This document shows, one piece after another, positions 27,631 through 35,741 of a DNA stretch of 64,000 bases. Under the pieces are notes generated by a model. That model was not told where the DNA came from, made no database searches, and worked only from the letters and a program-made list of their open reading frames with translations. Both the position numbers and the translations under genes were made by a program. Position 1 is the first letter of the stretch. The number at the start of each line of letters is the position of its first letter. The stretch comes from Pseudomonadota bacterium (GTDB lineage: Bacteria; Bdellovibrionota; Bdellovibrionia; Bdellovibrionales; JACTMU01), in contig JACTMU010000021.1 in assembly GCA_014584465.1 (NCBI GenBank), forward strand, positions 9,743 through 73,742, in the 5' to 3' direction.

Positions 27631-28794
27631 ATGAAATTGTTGCTGATTTTTCTTATTGGTTTGAGTTTCTATCCAATTTCATCCCTGAAGGCATCGGTGG
27701 TTGACTTTAAGATTCATGAGGAGTTCATGAGTCCGAGAGCTATGGGAATGGGGGGAGCCTTTTCCGCGGTGGCGGATGACCATTCCGCCCTCTTCTTCAA
27801 TCCTGCGGGTCTTGCACGACGAACCGATGGACGAATGAACCTCTATTTGATCAAAGCGGAAGTGGGAGGGGATCTGAACACTTTGCAGGCAGCACTCAAT
27901 GAAAATTCGGAGAAGGAAAATCCAGCCGACGCCATTGGTGACCTTTTGGCAAGTCTTTATGGCACAACTTATCACACCCGAGTTGCACCCTTGGGAGGCT
28001 TTTGGGTTCGTCCCAACTGGGGGGTGGCACTTCTCCCAGCTGATTTTTCCAGTGACATCTACATTCGACAGCAGTTAGGCCCTCAGGTCAACCTCGTGGT
28101 CCATGGAGACACGACCTTTATTTTTGGTTGGGGACAAGATTTTGATTGGTTTGGACCCCATCAATTCTCCTTGGGAGCCTCACTCAAGGCTCTTCATCGC
28201 TTCTATTATGAGGGAAGCTACATGACTGTGGATTTGGCCAGCAACACCGATCTGATTCGCCCCTCAGATATGTCTGAGGGATTGGCGGTCGATACGGATA
28301 TTGGAACTCTTTTTACTCCCGAGCTTCCGGCCCATGGAATTTTCTCTTGGTTGCATTATGCCAAGCCCACCTTCTCCTTTGTGGTTCGCAATGCTTTGGA
28401 TTATGGCTATGTCGCTAACTTTCACTTAGCAAGCCCGGAGTCCTCTTCTCCCCCAAATTTAGGGCGACGGATCGACATTGGTTCTGCATGGGATTATCCT
28501 CCCTTTTGGAAGCTCTTTCGAGCTCGAGGGACGATGGACATTCGTAACATCGGACATAAAAATTGGTCCTTCATTAAGGGGTTTCATCTTGGAGCTGAAC
28601 TTCAATGGGAGGTTACGGATTGGTTTAAGGGAGGCTATACGGTTGGTCTTAATCAAGGTTACTTGACGGCGGGATTCATAGGACACTTTTTGTGGTTTCA
28701 TCTTGACCTTGTCACCTATGGTGAAGAGGTTGGGACCTCAGCAGTGCGCGATGAGAATCGAATCTACGCTTTGAAGATGAGCATGGATTTTTGA
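27631..28794 (+). CDS. FadL/TraF-like outer-membrane barrel, paralog 1
   Basis: Signal MKLLLIFLIGLSFYPISSLKA with AGGAG RBS. SPRAMGMGGAFSAVADDHSALFFNPAGLA follows the same G.G.A....ADD......NPA pattern as the FadL/TodX N-terminal hatch. C-terminal YGEEVGT...YALKMSMDF. Confidence 0.6.
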   Translation: MKLLLIFLIGLSFYPISSLKASVVDFKIHEEFMSPRAMGMGGAFSAVADDHSALFFNPAGLARRTDGRMNLYLIKAEVGGDLNTLQAALNENSEKENPADAIGDLLASLYGTTYHTRVAPLGGFWVRPNWGVALLPADFSSDIYIRQQLGPQVNLVVHGDTTFIFGWGQDFDWFGPHQFSLGASLKALHRFYYEGSYMTVDLASNTDLIRPSDMSEGLAVDTDIGTLFTPELPAHGIFSWLHYAKPTFSFVVRNALDYGYVANFHLASPESSSPPNLGRRIDIGSAWDYPPFWKLFRARGTMDIRNIGHKNWSFIKGFHLGAELQWEVTDWFKGGYTVGLNQGYLTAGFIGHFLWFHLDLVTYGEEVGTSAVRDENRIYALKMSMDF

Positions 28795-30005
28795 TCGAAT
28801 CCGTTCGTCGTTGGATTTTACCTCTTGCATTGCTGGTGGTGTTGCTCACTCTCCACCAGGTTTCCGTGGATCACATCAATAATTATCGGATCTTTTCAAG
28901 GTCATCGTCCCATCTTTTGGAGGGGAACGATCTCTATGCACTCTATCCTGCAGAGCATGGGGACTATTTCAAATACGCACCCACCTTTGCACTTTTGATG
29001 GTGCCCTTTTCACTCCTTCCCGACGCTGTGGGCGTGGTCATTTGGAATCTTTTAGGGCTTATGATCTTTCTTATGGGTGTTCGATCCCTGCAATGGCAGT
29101 CGTCTGGCAAAGTTCACCTTCTGTTTTGGGTGGTGCTCCCTGAACTCATAGGGGTGGTTCAAAACAGTCAGAGCAATCTTCATCTGGTTGGGATATTCTT
29201 TCTTGTATTTGGAAATTTGGAGAGGGAGAAGCCATTTCAGGCTGCACTCTTGTTGTCGTTGGCAGCCCAAATGAAGGTGTTTGCCCTCGCACTGGGGTGT
29301 TTGGGACTGCTCTATCGATCAAGATGGAGGTTTTGTGGTTCAATGATCCTCTGGTCTCTTCTATTCACAGTTATGCCAGCCCTTTTGGTGGGATGGAGTG
29401 GGTTGACCTATCAACTCGGTCAATGGATCGATCTTCAAGGAAGAGATCTGGGCCACTTGGAACTTGGGTTCTATTCGATCATGCACATCATCAATCTTTG
29501 GGTCGAGGTTCCCAATCGGATTGTGCAGTTGATGGGGGCTGTGATGGTGGCGCTTCCGACACTCTTTTGGAATCGATTTAGAAATTACAGTTCGCGATTC
29601 TTGGTCTTTTGTTCACTTCTTCTCTGGATGGTGCTCTTCAATCATCGTGCGGAATCACCGACGTTTATCATTGCGATGAGTGGATTTGCTCTTTGGTACG
29701 GTTTCTTCATTTCATCTCTCGGAGAAGGGGCAAAGGGCGATCCAAATGCGAGGAGCTCTTTTCAGAGATCTCGGCGAGTCTATCCAAAGTACTTTCAGAT
29801 CATCTACTTGGTCTTCGTTTTGTTGTGCGTCTCAGTACTTTACTCTGACTTAACGTCAAGTCAATTTAAGGAGGAAATTCTCAAACCTTACTATGTCAAG
29901 GCTTGGCCCATCTTGATCACCTATCTGTGGATACAAACTGCGATCTACCGAAGCCTCCTACGATCTGACGAGGATGCGAGCCTTTTGAGAAACCAATACT
30001 CTTGA
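28791..30005 (+). CDS. GT-C fold membrane glycosyltransferase (DUF2029/GT87-like)
   Basis: 404 aa with about 10 hydrophobic helices. Loop motif HGDYFKYAPTFALLMVPFSLLP is typical of polyprenyl-phosphate-sugar dependent GT-C enzymes. TTG start overlaps the barrel-1 stop (TTGA). Confidence 0.55.
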   Translation: MIESVRRWILPLALLVVLLTLHQVSVDHINNYRIFSRSSSHLLEGNDLYALYPAEHGDYFKYAPTFALLMVPFSLLPDAVGVVIWNLLGLMIFLMGVRSLQWQSSGKVHLLFWVVLPELIGVVQNSQSNLHLVGIFFLVFGNLEREKPFQAALLLSLAAQMKVFALALGCLGLLYRSRWRFCGSMILWSLLFTVMPALLVGWSGLTYQLGQWIDLQGRDLGHLELGFYSIMHIINLWVEVPNRIVQLMGAVMVALPTLFWNRFRNYSSRFLVFCSLLLWMVLFNHRAESPTFIIAMSGFALWYGFFISSLGEGAKGDPNARSSFQRSRRVYPKYFQIIYLVFVLLCVSVLYSDLTSSQFKEEILKPYYVKAWPILITYLWIQTAIYRSLLRSDEDASLLRNQYS

Positions 30006-31501
30006 ACCCGTTCTCCGTTGTAGGGATCTTGAAATTCCTGAGGTAGAGTCACCAAATCGCCAATGCGTGCCGGGTGAACAATCACTTCATGGGGAGTCGA
30101 ATTTTGCAAGGGACGGCAAAAGTCGCGGATGCTCGAAAAATCCCCCTCACTTGGATAGTAGCAGGGGAGAGATTCAATATTCTCATCTTGAAAAAACTTT
30201 TGAGCCCTCTTGGCAAGAAGGTAGATTGGAAATTTGGAGCTCCATAAGAGTCGCCGATCCAGAGGAAGACGGCTCTTGTGGATGTGGTGCTTTCGAAGGC
30301 TGTCTCGGCAAGCTGGAAGCACCTTGGGTGCCAAGTGGATGTGGTGGTGGCCATCCATATAGGTAGGACAAATCTTGAGTTGGACCAATTTTTCGTACTG
30401 GGAGTCAAACTCTTGCTGAATCTCGGCAAGGATTGAAGATTTTGGAGAAGAGATGGAGAGTTTCTTTAGCAATTCCTTTAAAGAAAAAAAGCATCCTCGC
30501 TCATCAACAAGCTCTTTGAGCCCACGGGTGAGAGGTCTACCATAGGTTAAGTTAAAATGAAATCCGATTTCAATTCCAGGCAGTTGGCGCAACTGATCGA
30601 GGAAGTCGCTGACGTGGAGTCCATTTGCAAGTACTGAAACTCTTTTGACAAGCCCAACCTGGGCAAGCTCGAGGATGGCAGAGTTGGTTTCAGCTGAGAT
30701 TCCCCAATCATCAGCTGCAAAGATGTGGTGTTTTATATCAACCTGGGCTGGGCCATACTCACCACGCCGTTCAAAGGCTTTGATCTTTCGCAGCCATCTC
30801 TGAATCATAACGATTTCGCGGAAAATCCGAATGGTCGATTTTTCAAAATTAAGGTGAAGCATAATGGGCAGTTCGCAGTGGTTCAGTCCATGGTGTTTTG
30901 CAACCAGAAAAAGTTCTAGATCGAAGAGAAATCCAGGGCACCGTTGGCGTGAAAAAAAGGCTTCAGCAAGTGGGCGAGAGATGAGTTTGATGCCAGCTTG
31001 AGTATCGAGTGTCTCAAGTGAAAAGAGGCTTCGCACAATGGAGTTGAACGCAAGTCCCAATCGGTGACGACCATAAGCCAACGAGAGGAGTGGAATCGGG
31101 ATGTCAAATCGGCTCAGAGGAAGGCGACGGTTTCCAGTGACATAATCTGCACCCTCTTCAATTTTCTTTGCAGCCTGTGGGAAGAAGTCGAGATTGTAAG
31201 GAAGATCCGCATCAATGAACCCCACCATTTCGCCAGAGGTTTTGAGATAGGCTGACTGTAGGGCAGCCCCTTTGCCTGCAGGAGCCCAGTGCCGGTGGCA
31301 AATCAGAGAGGAGATGTCCTTCTCGAGATCCTTGAGCGCAAGGTAAGCAGATTCAATCTCTTCGGTAGTTCCATTGACAGAAACCACAATCTCAAAATCA
31401 TTTTGCCAATGATTCATTAAGAAGGCATTAAGCTTTCGAACTGAGTCCGCAATGAAATGGCTTCCACCTTTAACAGGTAAGATGATCGAGAGCTTCTTCA
31501 C
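29945..31501 (-). CDS. fusion protein: GT2 (DPM1/ArnC/GtrB-like) glycosyltransferase + YdjC/ChbG/HpnK-family deacetylase
   Basis: N-half: LSIILPVKGG, GKGAALQSAY, GFIDADLPY (DxD), TQAGIK, FLFDLELF. C-half: FAADDWGIS..TNSAILEL, GFHFNLTYGRPL, YMDGHHHIHLAP (YdjC metal/His motifs). 518 aa. Confidence 0.75.
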   Translation of the reverse strand: MKKLSIILPVKGGSHFIADSVRKLNAFLMNHWQNDFEIVVSVNGTTEEIESAYLALKDLEKDISSLICHRHWAPAGKGAALQSAYLKTSGEMVGFIDADLPYNLDFFPQAAKKIEEGADYVTGNRRLPLSRFDIPIPLLSLAYGRHRLGLAFNSIVRSLFSLETLDTQAGIKLISRPLAEAFFSRQRCPGFLFDLELFLVAKHHGLNHCELPIMLHLNFEKSTIRIFREIVMIQRWLRKIKAFERRGEYGPAQVDIKHHIFAADDWGISAETNSAILELAQVGLVKRVSVLANGLHVSDFLDQLRQLPGIEIGFHFNLTYGRPLTRGLKELVDERGCFFSLKELLKKLSISSPKSSILAEIQQEFDSQYEKLVQLKICPTYMDGHHHIHLAPKVLPACRDSLRKHHIHKSRLPLDRRLLWSSKFPIYLLAKRAQKFFQDENIESLPCYYPSEGDFSSIRDFCRPLQNSTPHEVIVHPARIGDLVTLPQEFQDPYNGERVQEYWFLKRLASSSDRRRLR

Positions 31502-31504
31502 GAC

Positions 31505-32209
31505 CTAAGAGCAAGTTTTAGTGAGCTGGCACCGTAGTTGTTGTCCAATGCTCTCCATCGAAGTGCCATTCCCAAGGGCCGCTTCAAGATCTTGACATGC
31601 TTGGCTTTCAGCGTTGGAGGTCCCCTCCTTACAATAGGCCCCTTCGGCCGCCACGACGGCCGCTCCCAGCTCAGCGTCACTGCTCCCATCGGCAAGGGTC
31701 TGAATGGCGGCGGTCGCCTGCTCTTCAGTCATAGCTCCACCTGTTTGATAGGCAGCGTCGATGGAGGCAGCTGCCACAGAGAGGTTGGTTGCGATGACGG
31801 TCAGAGAAGAAAAGGTGATCATCGATGCATTTTCAGAGAGCTTGCAATCACTGCTTGCCGTACGAGCCTTACCGAGATCATTAAAGGCTAGCTGACCAAT
31901 CATCGCCAATGTTGAGCTTCCACCACTCTCTGATGAGCTTTTCATGGCCTCATAGGCATTTGAGAGTTTTTCAGGATTACCAAAACCCTGCTCAATATAA
32001 TGAACCGAGCAGCGAATGATGTAGGACTCCTTGGTCGTAACTCCATCGATGAAGCTAAGGCAGGTCGTAGCATTGGATTGGGTGCTATGGTCCAGACAAT
32101 CCTGAGCTTCGCTGATGGCTCGATCTTCAGCAGATTCGCCACATCCAAAAAACAGAGAGCCAACAAACATGGTCAGCAGGACCTTTGCACAGTTTTGAGA
32201 AAAGATCAT
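31505..32209 (-). CDS. Cys-rich lipoprotein A
   Basis: MIFSQNCAKVLLTMFVGSLFFGC lipobox. Ala/Ser/Glu-rich mature part with 8 further Cys. Its stop lies 3 nt before the GT2-YdjC start. Confidence 0.55.
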   Translation of the reverse strand: MIFSQNCAKVLLTMFVGSLFFGCGESAEDRAISEAQDCLDHSTQSNATTCLSFIDGVTTKESYIIRCSVHYIEQGFGNPEKLSNAYEAMKSSSESGGSSTLAMIGQLAFNDLGKARTASSDCKLSENASMITFSSLTVIATNLSVAAASIDAAYQTGGAMTEEQATAAIQTLADGSSDAELGAAVVAAEGAYCKEGTSNAESQACQDLEAALGNGTSMESIGQQLRCQLTKTCS

Positions 32210-32461
32210 ACACAAATCCTCCGGCAACAGACTCTAGGGTACCACTCTTTCTCCATTTGTCACGACCATTCTCTTCACCTGTGGGGAATGGGATCTGGCC
32301 GTTTCAGCCTGGTTCGCAAATGTCCAAATGTTTCACAAAAACAATTGAAACGGACCATCGCCTAGTTTTTGTTCCAATGTACCAAAATGTATCAAATCGA
32401 AGCTCATTCCATCCGAGGTGTAGATGTCGGAAAGTTGGAAATGGTTTTCTGGGAATGGGCT

Positions 32462-33568
32462 ATGGACAGCAAAAGGTTTCTTTTACAACTTGCAGCTCTG
32501 ATATTGGCGACGCGCGGCTTCGCAGCTGAAGTCTTTGAAATGTACAATGGCATTCGTCAGCTTGGTATGGGCGGAGCCTCAATCGCAATTGTCAACGATG
32601 AAACTTCCATCATTGCAAACCCCGCAGGCCTAGGAAAAGTTCGAGACATGTTTCTTACTGTGGCAGATCCCGAGCTGGAGGCCTCCACCAACGGGTCTGC
32701 CGTCATCAACGCAGGAAACCTCGTCGGTGTCACTGAGCCCCAAGGGATGCTCGACATCTTAAAAGAGCATCAAGATCGATACTTGTATGTGAAGGGGCAG
32801 ATTCTTCCCTCACTGGTGGTCCCCAATTTTGGAGTAGGACTTTTTGGCAAAATCGAAGTTGCAGCAGAGGTCGTGAGCGGAACTCCCGATCAATACTACT
32901 TGCACTACACCAACGATCTAGGACCCGTTGTTGCCTATAATTTTCGCATCTGGGATGGTCGTATCAAACTTGGAGTCAATGGAAAGGTGATCAATCGTGT
33001 CGAGATCAATCGAGATGATCTTGATGTGACGAGGCTCGACTACTCTAAGGGCGAATTGGTCCAAGAAGGGGTCGGATTTAGCAGCGACGTAGGGCTCATC
33101 CTCTCAGCTCCTTGGGCGTGGATACCCACTCTGGCTGTGGTGGTGCGCGATTTAGGTGGAACCAACTACACTCTCTCCAATGGAATTTTTCACAACGCGA
33201 CAGAACGTCCCGCCTCCGTGCTTCAAACAATGGATGCGGCCATTGCCCTGTTTCCCATCATCAGCAATCGAACCCGATCCAGTTTTACTCTTGAGTATCG
33301 AGACGTCCTCACGGCATCACAAGAGACCGATCACTATCGTCGGGCTCATCTGGGTCTGGAGGTCAACTTTGGAGACCTTCTTTTTGTGCGAGCAGGTATG
33401 AATGGTCGTTACTGGACTGCAGGTGTCGAGTTTGCTCTGGAGCGAGTCCAATTTCAAGCAGCCTCTTACGGTGAAGAGATAGGAACGGCCGCGGATCCCG
33501 TGGCCAATACGCAGACTCAACCACGTGAAGATCGAAGAGTTATGGCGAAGTTCGTCTTTCGTTTTTAA
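32462..33568 (+). CDS. FadL/TraF-like outer-membrane barrel, paralog 2
   Basis: Signal MDSKRFLLQLAALILATRGFAAE. GIRQLGMGGASIAIVNDETSIIANPAGLG motif. C-terminal YGEEIGT...REDRRVMAKFVFRF. Confidence 0.6.
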   Translation: MDSKRFLLQLAALILATRGFAAEVFEMYNGIRQLGMGGASIAIVNDETSIIANPAGLGKVRDMFLTVADPELEASTNGSAVINAGNLVGVTEPQGMLDILKEHQDRYLYVKGQILPSLVVPNFGVGLFGKIEVAAEVVSGTPDQYYLHYTNDLGPVVAYNFRIWDGRIKLGVNGKVINRVEINRDDLDVTRLDYSKGELVQEGVGFSSDVGLILSAPWAWIPTLAVVVRDLGGTNYTLSNGIFHNATERPASVLQTMDAAIALFPIISNRTRSSFTLEYRDVLTASQETDHYRRAHLGLEVNFGDLLFVRAGMNGRYWTAGVEFALERVQFQAASYGEEIGTAADPVANTQTQPREDRRVMAKFVFRF

Positions 33569-33583
33569 TTGGAGGAAACGGAG

Positions 33584-34492
33584 TTGTTGCAAGGTGAACA
33601 AAATAGAGAAAGTTTCAGATTTCAAAGCTTGTCGCTCTCTCTTTTTGTGCTCAGTTCATTTTTATTGATAGGGTGTGAAAATATTTTTGCACCTATGTCG
33701 TCTGCAGATACCAACGAGGCGCTTCTCTACTCTGCCAGGATGCACACAGATCGTGGAGAGTGGACCGAGGCTCTTGAAGACTTTGATCAGATGACGGCCG
33801 ACTACTTGGCTCAAAGAGAGGTCAAAGTTTTTCACGCATCCGTCTATGCAGGTCGATGTGGTTTGGATTTCATACAACTCCTGACAAGACTTGAGCAGCT
33901 GAGCACTCAAAAGCTCTTTGAGTTTCTCTTTCAGTCCTATCCTGGTGGTACGGCTCAGAAGCAGGCCGATTGTGTCTCTGCAGAAGCGCTTCTTAAGGAG
34001 ATTGGTGGAACTGCCGCTCGAAATCGAGATGAAAATTTCTTGATGGCGATGCTGAGCTTGGTAAAGATCGGTGTGGTTCTCAATAAAGCTGCGGACGCCG
34101 ACCTCGATGGCGTCGTGGATGCAACCTTTGACCCTTGTGCCTCGGATGCGCTCACAGATGATGATGCCAAAGAGGTGGGAACTGGGCTTGTGATCTTTGC
34201 AAACAGTCTCTCTCAGACGGGACAATCTTCCGCGGTCGCAGATGCTTTTCAGGGTGTTTGTGATCTTTTTGGAACATCCGAGAGTGATCCTTTCATTGCC
34301 TACAAATTTTGTGACAAAGAAAATGTCGCCGACATCACCACTGCAGAGCAGGTTTTGGGAATTCGAACCTTTGTCAAAGATGGGGCTGCCATAGGTTTAG
34401 GAGCCATCTTAACACCTGCTTGCACAACCGCGATTGATCTTTCTACACCTGCAACCCCACAGGGTTGTATCTGCTTTCCGGGAATTCCATAA
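33584..34492 (+). CDS. Cys-rich lipoprotein B
   Basis: SLSLFVLSSFLLIGC lipobox with 8 further Cys in the mature part. Probable TTG start (33569, 33584 or 33587) with GGAGG at 33571. Starts immediately after the barrel-2 stop. Confidence 0.5.
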   Translation: MLQGEQNRESFRFQSLSLSLFVLSSFLLIGCENIFAPMSSADTNEALLYSARMHTDRGEWTEALEDFDQMTADYLAQREVKVFHASVYAGRCGLDFIQLLTRLEQLSTQKLFEFLFQSYPGGTAQKQADCVSAEALLKEIGGTAARNRDENFLMAMLSLVKIGVVLNKAADADLDGVVDATFDPCASDALTDDDAKEVGTGLVIFANSLSQTGQSSAVADAFQGVCDLFGTSESDPFIAYKFCDKENVADITTAEQVLGIRTFVKDGAAIGLGAILTPACTTAIDLSTPATPQGCICFPGIP

Positions 34493-35622
34493 TGATCAGT
34501 CAAAGGAAGTCCATGATAGCGCTACTGATCTTAGGCTTCTCTTGCCACGTCCTAGGTGATGAGCTCGTTGAAGGGCACCACTCCATTCGTGCGATGGGGA
34601 TGGGTGGCGCCTACACGGGTGTTGTCGACACATCGGAGGCGCTCTTCTATAACCCTGCGGCACTCTCAAGAATCTCAGGTTACTACTGGACCATCATGGA
34701 TCCCTACATGGCCATCAATGGTCTTGAGATGGCGCAGACCGTGCAGTCTTTGCAGGGGGCAAGTGATGCTGATGCTCTTCGAGCCTTTTATGGAAAGAAT
34801 ATATTTGGAACCGGAGGACTTAAATCGACGGTCTCTACGGGTCACTTTGCCTTTGGAGTCTATGATGACGTGCGGGTTGCGACCGAGATGAACAACCCAG
34901 CCTATCCCCTTCTAAGGTTGAATGGTTACAACGACATGGGCTTTGCAGGTGGTTTTTCTTTTCCAATGACTCCAGGTAGCGCTTTTGGATTGGCCTTTCG
35001 ACGATTTCAAAGAAATGGAGCCAATGTGCCATTGGGTGCGACGACCATTGCATCCTATGACGCCTCGACAATGAGTGGTGTTACGAGCAAGGGAACTGGG
35101 TATGCTCTTGACTTGGGCACGATGTTCACCGTCGACACAGCTGTGAAGCCCACCTTTTCCTTTGTTTGGAAGAACGTGGGATACACAAGCTTCACTTTGG
35201 ATGAGGGTACAACCAAGGTGTCGACCATCAAAGATGAGATGATTGGTGGCCTGTCACTCTTAGTGGAAACTCCGGTGGTCGTGGTCTCTCCCGCAATTGA
35301 TTTTAAATATGCCAATCGTGCGGACATTCAGCTTGGGAAAAAGATCCACTTGGGCGTTGAGGTCAGCACGATGCTCTTTGATGTTCGAGCGGGATTTCAT
35401 CAGGGGTACTATGCACTTGGTGCAGGTCTGGACTTGGCGTTCTTGCGTTTGGATGTTGCAACGTGGGGTGTGGAGTTGGGCGAGTATCCCGGCCAGAGAG
35501 AGGATCGCAGAATCGCGCTTCAGCTGACCCTCGAGCTTGGTCTTGACATGAGCTTTGATCTCTTTGGCAGTGGAGGTGGCAAGGGCGGAGGTCCTCGTCG
35601 TCACCTCAAGCAGCGTCGCTAA
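34492..35622 (+). CDS. FadL/TraF-like outer-membrane barrel, paralog 3
   Basis: Signal MISQRKSMIALLILGFSCHVLG. SIRAMGMGGAYTGVVDTSEALFYNPAALS motif. WGVELGEYPGQREDRRIALQL..DMSFDLF is followed by a Gly/Arg-rich tail. ATG overlaps the lipoprotein-B stop (TAATG). Confidence 0.6.
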   Translation: MISQRKSMIALLILGFSCHVLGDELVEGHHSIRAMGMGGAYTGVVDTSEALFYNPAALSRISGYYWTIMDPYMAINGLEMAQTVQSLQGASDADALRAFYGKNIFGTGGLKSTVSTGHFAFGVYDDVRVATEMNNPAYPLLRLNGYNDMGFAGGFSFPMTPGSAFGLAFRRFQRNGANVPLGATTIASYDASTMSGVTSKGTGYALDLGTMFTVDTAVKPTFSFVWKNVGYTSFTLDEGTTKVSTIKDEMIGGLSLLVETPVVVVSPAIDFKYANRADIQLGKKIHLGVEVSTMLFDVRAGFHQGYYALGAGLDLAFLRLDVATWGVELGEYPGQREDRRIALQLTLELGLDMSFDLFGSGGGKGGGPRRHLKQRR

Positions 35623-35629
35623 ACAAAAA

Positions 35630-35723
35630 GTGCCAGGTTCCGAATGCTGGACGCATTCAGACAAAAGGGTCGAGGTGCTCGACGTGAAATGGCATATCGT
35701 GCCAAGCAAACGGAACCTGGCAC
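35630..35723 (-). terminator. 94-nt multi-hairpin element; probable intrinsic terminator of the maeB-hflX operon
   Basis: Perfect 13-bp outer stem GTGCCAGGTTCCG (35630-35642) / CGGAACCTGGCAC (35711-35723). It encloses hairpins AATGC-TGGAC-GCATT, GTCGAG-GTG-CTCGAC and TGGCA-TATCG-TGCCA. On the minus strand the element is followed by TTTTTGTTT. Confidence 0.45.
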
Positions 35724-35741
35724 CGATCGAGGGAATAGCCC

